DNA of 64,000 nucleotides from contig SMSO01000032.1 of the NCBI GenBank assembly GCA_004764695.1, positions 2,728,001-2,792,000 of the forward strand, written 5' to 3'. The notes under the pieces are model-generated. The model made no database searches. It saw only the letters and a list, made by a program, of their open reading frames with translations, and had not been told where the DNA came from. Shown one piece after another: positions 55,541-64,000 of the stretch. Position 1 is the stretch's first letter. Every line of letters starts with the position of its first letter. The stretch is from Schizochytrium sp. TIO01. Taxonomy: Eukaryota; Protista; Bigyra: Labyrinthulomycetes. The position numbers and the translations under genes are program-made.

Positions 55541-58500
55541 TTATTAGTATCGCGAAGCTAGAAGCTCGACTCTTGACTTGATGCTTTGCCTTCAAAAATC
55601 TCTCGATCGACGACGGGCGCCGAGTCTTTTGCTGCTGCTGTTGCTGCTGCTGTGGCTGCTGCCTCCCTTACTACTGCTCGCACGAGGCGAAGACAGACTG
55701 CTTGCTCAACGCACAGCCTACTACTCAAATCAATTCAAGGTTTGCTGCCCAAACTATGTCTGGCTCACCCGCCAACGCCACCAACACCCTCTTTTATCGC
55801 TTTCATTCTCTCATAACTATGCTCCATCATATGCAACAGCAAAACAAAGAGAAACTTCATATCATTATTCTCGCGCCAGCTGAGCGGTTAGACAGACCCT
55901 CGCCCGCCCCTCACATCCCCTCTCTTTCCTCTGCCTATCTAATAATGAGTGGGTTTCGCGATATTTGCCTCTCCTCCCAACAACTTTTCAAATCCTTCCA
56001 CTAAAGGCCCTTTCTTCCTAGGTAGATCTCTGTTAATTTCTTCCTCTTTGGTGATCTCTGGGCGCCACTGCCACTACCTCTGCCAGCACTGGGATCTGGC
56101 CTCTGTTTTTTTTAAATAATTTTCAATTACTATTTTCGCAACTTTTATTTGTTCTCAAAAGTGAAAAGAAAAAACCTTCCAGTTTTATTATTATTATTAT
56201 TATCAAATAAAAACAAAAAAATAAAAAGAAAACAATTTTTATCTTAAAATAAAATAAAAATATCGAAAGTAAAAAGTTCAAAGAACAAGAAAGGAGAAAA
56301 GCTGAAGAATTAATGCTCAAAGAACTCGCGATCTCCCACTCAATCCGTCCAAAAAGGGCTCTTTATTTAACTCGACCTGTCGCCTGTCTGTTGAAGCGTC
56401 AATTTCTTTCTCGCGATCTTTACCTCTTCCTTCGTATGGCCGACGGAGTCTTCGTTCCTCATCCGTCGCAATTGTTTCTCCCCTTTCCAACCACCTCCTT
56501 TCGCAATGATTCTGTAGTTCCCAACATTCGAAACTATTCCTCCTTTTCTTCTCCCTCACACGTGCCCTCTTTCTGATTCATCTTACGTATGTATGTTTCA
56601 GTTACGCGCTGGCGAATTGCACAGTACATATATATATATATATGTAAACCAGAAACAATCAATCGAAACTTTTATAAATTAAACTTAAAACAGAAGAAAA
56701 AGATAAAAAAAAAAAAATGTAAAAAAGAGCACCTTCTTTCCTTCGCGCAAGCGGAGATGCATCTGTCGATCGCTGGCCTCTCAGGCTTGTTCGAAGAAGG
56801 CAGAGAGGCCTGCCTTGGCAGCGCCTTCTCTGCTGTCCGTCGCGGCCTCAAAAATCACCATTTCTGCGCATCCATCAACGATTCGTTCATTCATTCATTC
56901 GCTTTACTTTACTTTACTTTTTTCTTTTTTCTTTTTTAAAAATTAAATCTTTATGCGTCATTCTCGCGGAAAAGCTCTCCAGAACCACATTCTGCCGCAT
57001 CGATAGAGAGGATAAACAACTCCAAAGAAACCAAAGGAGCATTTATATCACTAATTAATCAAACAATCCATCGATCCATCGATCCAGCAGTGTGGACAGA
57101 AAGAGCGAAAGAAAGAAAGAGAGAAAGAAAAAGAAAGAAAAAAAAAGAAAAGAAAAAAGAAAAAAAAAGGACAAAAGCTGCGATTTTCAGGCAAAACCAC
57201 CAAATCAAACCCACGCAAGCCGCTCGCTACAGCTTCTCCCCGTCGGCGCCTCGGCCTCTGCAGCGGCCACGTCTGCATGCTCCCGTCTACGCTTACTGTC
57301 TGCTGCCTTCCTGCCTCCTGCTGCCTTCTCGCCTCTGTCTTTCTCTCGCGCTGCCTGCTCTGCCTTGCCCCTCTTTCTCCGTTGGAGCACAGCGGCCGCG
57401 CCGCAGAGCCGTTGCTCCGCACTCCTCGTCGATAGTACCCATCTACCCGAAAAGGTTACCCCTTCGTGCCACCGCGTAACGGATACCTACCTTGCTTGAG
57501 AAGAAAGAATCAATCAAACTCGCGCCTCCTCAAAGACAGCGCGCGGGAGTAATTTGGCGACGGCGGCGGCGCAGAGGGACCGCCTGGCGGCAGGTTGAGA
57601 GGCACGCAGGCAGGCAGAGGCAGCCGGCTTCGGAGTGCGGCAGCCACTGCACGAGCTCTGGTTTCCTTTCTTCTTCGCCGTTGTTGCTCGTTTTTTCTGT
57701 TCATTGCGTGATTTATGACTGTTTAAATCTATTAGTTTGTTTATTATGTATTACTCATCATAAGATATTTTAAAATTGAAGAAATCAAGACTGTGTTTGA
57801 GCTAAAAAATGAACCAAAAACTTTTTAATAAGTTAATAAGTTAATCAATTGATAAATAAATACAAATAAAGTAATTAATTAATTAATCATTAAATTGATC
57901 ATTCATTCATAGCGAAAGTTGTCTTTTTAGTTGTGGAAACGTTTTGTTTCTTTGAAAGTCTGACGAACGACTCGAACATCGATCGATTCATTCACTGGTT
58001 CATTCATGAGCAGTTTCCGCCATCGCTACGGCATCTGCAAAGAAAGGCCTTCGCGCCCGTTGTTTCGAAGCCAAACAAAGCCTCCTTGAAAGGCTTCGTG
58101 CGGCGCCGAGGTCCCTCATTCCTGCAATTCCGTCTCGTTTCGTGGAACTATCCGCTTTTCACATCGATCGATCGATTGACTGAGTTGAGTTGAGTGGACA
58201 AAAAGAAACCCTCAGAATCGATAGGACCTCCTCACTCACTCTCTTATTCGCTCACTTATTCACTTATTCACTTATTCACTTATTCGCTTATTCACTTTTT
58301 TTTCATTCATTCTGCAGTCAAAATAACAGTACCGTCGTCATCGTCCACAATGAACAAGCGCTTAAGAAGCGAGCTCGAGCAGAAATCTTCTTCTGCAGAA
58401 GCGCTCGCGAGCAGGCCAAGACCGCCGCATCCTCCTCCTCATCACCCTCCTCTGCAGGCAGGCGGCAGCAGCAGAGCGGCCTCGGCAGGTGATCGGCGGA

Positions 58501-59189
58501 GCGGAGCACAACCTTCAACTCTCTGGAGACGTTGCTTCGGCGATTGACTGAGTTATTATTCGTTCATTCATTTCTTCATTCATTCGATCGCTTTCTTTCT
58601 GCTTTCTCTCATATCGACTGTGCGGAATCTCGAAATGAAAGGAAACGTCGAAGAGCGATCGAGGATCGAAAAAGGGACAAAGAAAGAACGTCCGCTAGCA
58701 CAGTAAACTTCAGTGTTGAGAATGAACAGAATCTGCAATCGAAGACCTCTGCTACTGCCGTGCGGAGGAGAGGCGAGCGGGACTCAAGGCCTGCCAGAAG
58801 CCCCTCGGGCGCCCTCTCTGGTCGGCCTCGCGCCTGTTTCTTTGGGACCTCTCGCTTTTCCACCGCCCGATACACAGAAAGCTGGAAAACTCATGTACCA
58901 CGTCATTCATCTCTCTCAGTGAATCGCCGTTGAAAGGCATTTTTTGTTTTGTTTTTAACAAAGGTCGTTCTTTCTTTCTTTCTGTCTGTCTTTCTTTCTT
59001 TCTTCTTTCTTTCTTTCAAGTTTTCTCGCGAACCCTTTCTTCCTCTGCATATGCTTCACAGACAGAAAAGAACGAGGGAAAGACAGAAAGAACATGCCAT
59101 CGTAGAAGACAGACAGCTGTTGAAGACGACACGCTTAGATTATTCGGTAGGGCGCCCAGTAAACGAGTGAAAGAAAGAACGAGCTAACG

Positions 59190-59242
59190 AATGAATGAAG
59201 GAATGAATGTGAATGAATGAATGAATGAATGAATGAATGAAT
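59190..59242. repeat. (GAAT)n microsatellite
   Basis: Direct observation. Confidence 0.9.
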
Positions 59243-60171
59243 GGGTGACAGAGCAGAGGCGTCTGAGTGCGGGTCTCGCTTCCCGCGGCTCCTTCTCTGC
59301 GCGCAACGACAGCTTCCTTCACAGTAGCCAACGAATGGCCTCCGCTGCCACTCAATCTGCTGCAGTTTTGAGGCTTTTGGGCACTGATTTGACCTTAATG
59401 AGGGCTCAAAACCGCATTCGCTCATTGCCATCAATCATATCCTTCGTGAAGGTTTGCCAAATTCATTCCTTTTACAGCTCCAGCAACAAGCGGCTATAGC
59501 TAACTAACTATCTATGCACGTGTACGAACACGCCTGACTGATAAAAAAAAACTACCTTTAACTACAGTAAATGCGCTTGACTTGTATTGTTCTAATTTTA
59601 TTTTGACTAACAGCAAAAAACAAAAAAGCTAGCTAGTAAGTAGAGGACTAGTAGCTATAGCTACTGGTAAATCGTCGCGATGGCGTGTAACCGCAATTTG
59701 CTTTGTTTTCCTCGACACTCTAAACTCATTGGGAAAAACATTCCATTTTGCGAAATTGTTAAGCAGCAGAGAACGCGGCGGTTTGCAGGTTCCATGGGCT
59801 CTGAGCTAAATGAGCTCCTTCGTTTAGCGAATGCTGCGCCTTTCACCACTCGGCTTCTTCGATCGTGATGGGAGAGTAGTTTGGTGCGCTCTGATTGATC
59901 GATTGATCGATTGATCGATTGGTCGATCGATTAATTGACAGAGCGGAGTGGTTTTGATTGTCTGAAAAGGAAACTCAACGTCGATCTATTTCTCTAAAGG
60001 TCTCCGAGTTCATCTCTTCTGTCTTTCTCTCGCTCTCTCGCGCGCCGCGCCCTCCTACCGTTTACCCTGATCCTAGCTAGGCTCAGTGATTTGTTTCTGC
60101 ATTATCGATTTGATTTGTGTGCTGATTCATTGGTCGATTCATGGATTGAGAAGACAGAAACAGAGACACAC

Positions 60172-60228
60172 AGAGAGAAATAAGAGAAAATAAATAAGAG
60201 AAAATAAATAAGAGAAAATAAATAAGAG
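60172..60228. repeat. 14-bp tandem repeat (AAATAAGAGAAAAT) ~3.5 copies
   Basis: Direct observation. Confidence 0.85.
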
Positions 60229-61128
60229 TTTTTCAAAAACTCCGCCGCCACTGATCGGAGAAAACGGAAACAGGCAGTCACAGCTCGCAGCGAAGTACGA
60301 GGATCGCGCGAAGAAAGCCGCGCAGGAGAACAGATCCCGAGGACCGAGAGGTCATCTGCCTCCTCCGCCTCAGCCCGGGCCCGCCTCTGGCCCCCTCCAG
60401 GTGCCTTTCTCCGCTCCTTTCCACGGCTTAGACTGATCGCCGCCCGAGCTTTGCTTTGTTTGCAATCTTCGCATATTCTGTATACGTGTCAACGAGAGAG
60501 ACGTTACACACACATCACATACGGATGTCGAGATGTCGTGGGCCGGTGCGCCTTCTAGTGTTTGGGGTAGCCGAACGGTAGGACCGGCAACCGGCGCACG
60601 TTTCGTTCGTTTGCCACATTTGAAAATGAGCTGTTTTCTGCTCTTGTTCTTTTGTTTTCGTTTCATTCTTGGTATTTCAAAATTAGTGTTGTAGGTATCT
60701 CTAAAAAAGAAATAAGAAAAAAAAAAAAAAGAAAAGAGAGTATGAAAAAGAGAACTGAAGAATATGATTACGCCATATCATCGTTTAAATTTGAATTTTA
60801 TATTATTATTTGTTGGAAAACTGAGAGATTAAACTGTAAAAATAGGACTTGAGATGCGAGAGCTAAACGGCAGCGGAATGAAAGCCTGAGCAAAGCATGC
60901 ATACCGATGGCATCTCTCTCTAATTGGCGCTGATTTACAATCGCTTGGTCCAACATTCAATCATCCATTCATGCCCAACACCGATCTTTGCGTGCCAGAA
61001 AGAAGAGAAAGGAGAAAAAGAAAGAAAGCAAACGAATGCCTGAGGATCTAATTTATTCATGCTTGTCTCTCTGCAGTTTAGGCTTATTCCACTTCTTTCG
61101 CAGTGAAGATGTGACGTCTTCTCTATGA

Positions 61129-61270
61129 ATCATTCATTCATTCATTCATTCATTCATTCATTCATCATTCATTCATTCATCATTCTTCATTCATTTATTC
61201 TTCATTCATTTATTCTTCATTCATTTATTCTTCATTCATTTATTCTTCATTCATTTATTCTTCATTCATT
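61129..61270. repeat. (ATTC)n grading into 15-bp (TTCATTCATTTATTC)n tandem repeat
   Basis: Direct observation. Confidence 0.9.
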
Positions 61271-61587
61271 TACTCTTACATATATAATAGGTTGCTTTCC
61301 TGTGATCGGCAGGACGGCCGGTGCACGCACCCCTCTCTGCTCGGCCCGCCCTGCGTCCTCGCCGCTGCCTCCTGCCTGCCTGCCTGCATCCTGCCTGCCT
61401 GCCTGCCTCCTGCCTGCCTGGCTCCGGCCTCGCAGGCCGCCTGCCTGGCCGCCTGCCTGGAGCCCTCGGCACGCCCCGAGGCCGGCCTGGAGCCGGAGAC
61501 CGGCGCTGCCGCAGCGGCTGCAACGGGCGGGGCGTAAACTTGGGGGCCCTCCAGTTACGCTCACGGATACTTGTTCTTGTGCTGTTC

Positions 61588-61635
61588 AATTCATTCATTC
61601 ATTCATTCATTCATTCATTCATTCATTCATTCATT
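61588..61635. repeat. (ATTC)n microsatellite
   Basis: Direct observation. Confidence 0.9.
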
Positions 61636-62128
61636 CGTGTTCTCATTCATTTTCTTGTTAGCGGCTGGTACGAAGTTGGATGAGTGAGGTGTATCTGACT
61701 GAGTAAGTAAGTAAGTAATGTGCTGTCGCTTAAAAGTCTGAAGGAAAGAAGAGAAAAAGCAAATGTTGGGGAATGATGAAGAGAAAGGTTCGCTCGACTC
61801 TGAAGATTTCGCTCCTCTCGAAGGAAGGCGCGGGAGACAGGGCTTGGAGGCCTTGAAGTGCGATTGCGAACGGAAAGAGGAGAACAGAAGGGGTTGATAT
61901 GAGTGAGAGAGAGCCAAGGGCGGAGTTTCTCTCTTTGGTTCGAGGTACCAACAGCGTTATTCGTTTTGTTTTCTTTGTTTAAAGTGTTTCGGGCAGGAAA
62001 AAAAACTGAAAACGAAAAGGATCCGTGTTTTTGCATGTATGTATGTTGTATATCTATCTATCTCAAGATAAGAAGAGGAAGAATAAATAATAACTAAGAT
62101 TAAAGTTTGGGATGAAATGCCAGGAAAT

Positions 62129-62161
<33 letters not shown>

Positions 62162-62651
62162 CTCGTGTTTTTGTTGCTGTTGAGCTCTTTCTCTTCCTCC
62201 GTCTGCCCTGCTACTTCGAAGCCTTTCAAGGCTGACCGATGCTTTGGCGCAGAGAGGATATCGTCAGCGTTAGCACCCGCCTTGTGACCTGTTTCAAGGC
62301 ACGCCTCGCATCACAGCCCCCCCCTTGTCTGCTTCAAGCCCTCTTTTATGCTTATTTCCTTTCGTTTTTCCAGTCTTTTTTTTTTTTTTTTTTTTAATCC
62401 CTCCTCCCCCCCAAAAAATAAATAAAAAAATATATATAATAAAATAGAAACACTCAAATGATGATTGACTTTGTATCATTACTATGTGCAATAAATTCTT
62501 GCGGCGCTGAATGATGGCGCTCCAAGAGGTCGAGGAGTACGCCTGCCTGGGTATTCACGATGCCTCGATGTGCAGATATCCACGGAGAGGTCTCCGCGTC
62601 GTTTTAACGAACCGTGGGGCACCTATGCGTACGTGTGAAGGGTAGCTGGTG

Positions 62652-62740
62652 CTTGCTTTGCTTTGCTTTGCTTGGCTTAGCTTGGCTTGGCTTTGCTTTG
62701 CTTTGCATTGCTTTGCTTTGCTTAGCTTAGCTCTGCTTTG
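62652..62740. repeat. (GCTTN)n pentanucleotide repeat
   Basis: Run of gcttt/gcttg/gctta units. Confidence 0.85.
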
Positions 62741-63179
62741 TTGCTCTCTTGCCTTGTGAACGGTTAAAAAAACGGATCTCTGCGCAGTTTTGGTGCGAGA
62801 GAACGGCTTAGAGAAGAGCGATGCCGAAAGGAAGGGAGGCATGGATGATGAATGAATCAATGAATGAATGAATCAATCCATCAATTAATCGAAATGCATG
62901 GGGAAGACGAGAGGACGAGTGGAATATCGGTGTGCCATGCTACGGTATGCTGGAATCTGGCGAGTCCTGTAGCTTTCTTTGCTTTGCGTGGCGCAGAAAT
63001 GAGGAATGTGTGTGTATGTGACTATGGCGGTGCGTATGAGAAATCATTGCGATTTATGAACGGACCGTTCGAAGGTTAACTTGCTTGCTTGCTTACTTGT
63101 AGTTGCTTTTGCTTGAGGTGACGAATCACACGCAAGTTCTGTGCGAAGCGGCTTATGTTGGGATCAAAAAACGGGCATT

Positions 63180-63221
63180 ACTCATGTCACTCATGTCGCT
63201 CATGTCACTCATGTCACTCAC
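63180..63221. repeat. 9-bp tandem repeat (ACTCATGTC) ~4.5 copies
   Basis: Direct observation. Confidence 0.85.
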
Positions 63222-64000
63222 ATCAAATTGTGACACAACATAATGCAACGCGACGCAGTGAATGAATCCTGTGCAAAGGTCATCACTGGTTTCGCTCAGC
63301 TTTAGAAGACATGGTACCACTGCATTCAATCACATCAAAGCAGCTCCGGATTACATCTCTGCTCAAGTTGGCGCCGATCTAGCTCGAGGTTTCACTTTAC
63401 GTCTCGTGCGGAATCGTTCGTGGTTGCCTCCACGATACTGCGTCAAGAGCAGCTCTGGGCAGGGCCTGGTTGCAAAGAAGACCTACACCAAAAAGCAGCA
63501 GCGGCAGCAGGCAATGACACGATTGCACTCATCAGTGTACCTGGTGCGTGGCTATTAATTAGGCCTGGAAACGACTCTGAAAGGCATTCGAAAGAACGTC
63601 TTTTGGGTCTTCTTCACTTCTTTCTGACCACGCCGTATTTTTGGTTTCCAAGTTTTTTGTAACGTTTAAAATTAGAGTCAAAGTTAGAGTTGAAATTTAT
63701 AAGATTCGCTAGGCACCTAAACACTATTTTAAAGTATTACCTCTTTTTTTTTTTTTTTTTTTTTTTTAATAAATAAAAATGAAGTTATTTTAATCAAAAT
63801 TAATTATTTAAAAAAAAATAGTCTCATGGGTAAATGATCGACTAAAAAATAAAACAGAATGAAATGCAGTTGTACCTGAGTAGCACTGTAGATTGTAAAA
63901 CGTTGAGGTGAAACACGTGCAGCGAGATCTCCATATCGTTAGCGAACGCGACACTTGCGACGAAAAAAGTTCAACAGACAAGTTTCAAGTTGCCGGTGCA

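Noticed and set aside
55578-63662. Numerous short ORFs in the distal region
   Set aside because: Translations of microsatellites and low-complexity DNA with no domains or codon bias.

Overview
A 64-kb piece of a compact, intron-poor eukaryotic nuclear genome, probably a stramenopile and most likely a thraustochytrid. The taxon is inferred from the beta-tubulin sequence, the rarity of GT-AG introns and the (ATTC)n-rich intergenic DNA, and has not been verified. It carries about 21 mostly housekeeping genes: an AGC-type kinase, two USP deubiquitinases, a PAP2 phosphatase, a His-rich class I methyltransferase, POLD3 (with a frame break), a TBC RabGAP, an EF-hand protein, RPN1/PSMD2, CDC45, a JMJD8-like protein, a NUP42-like protein, RPC19/POLR1D (2 exons), a p1/AMTP1-like subunit of the 6mA DNA methyltransferase complex (2 exons), an extended SDR, PRPF4, RPL35A (2 exons), an ShKT prolyl 4-hydroxylase (2 exons) and beta-tubulin. 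These are followed by about 8 kb of gene-free, microsatellite-rich DNA. The most unusual signal is non-coding. An ~800-nt rod-like, self-complementary element at 26.4-27.2 kb has a central hairpin, cryptic divergent reading frames and AATAAA-containing inverted termini. Several unrelated 350-500-nt multibranched base-paired elements (7.0, 12.0, 20.5, 36.2, 42.6 and 51.2 kb) lie between AT/TAG-rich tracts and start codons. All pairings were found by eye; no folding program or database search was run. No tRNA, rRNA, CRISPR array or intact transposase was recognised.
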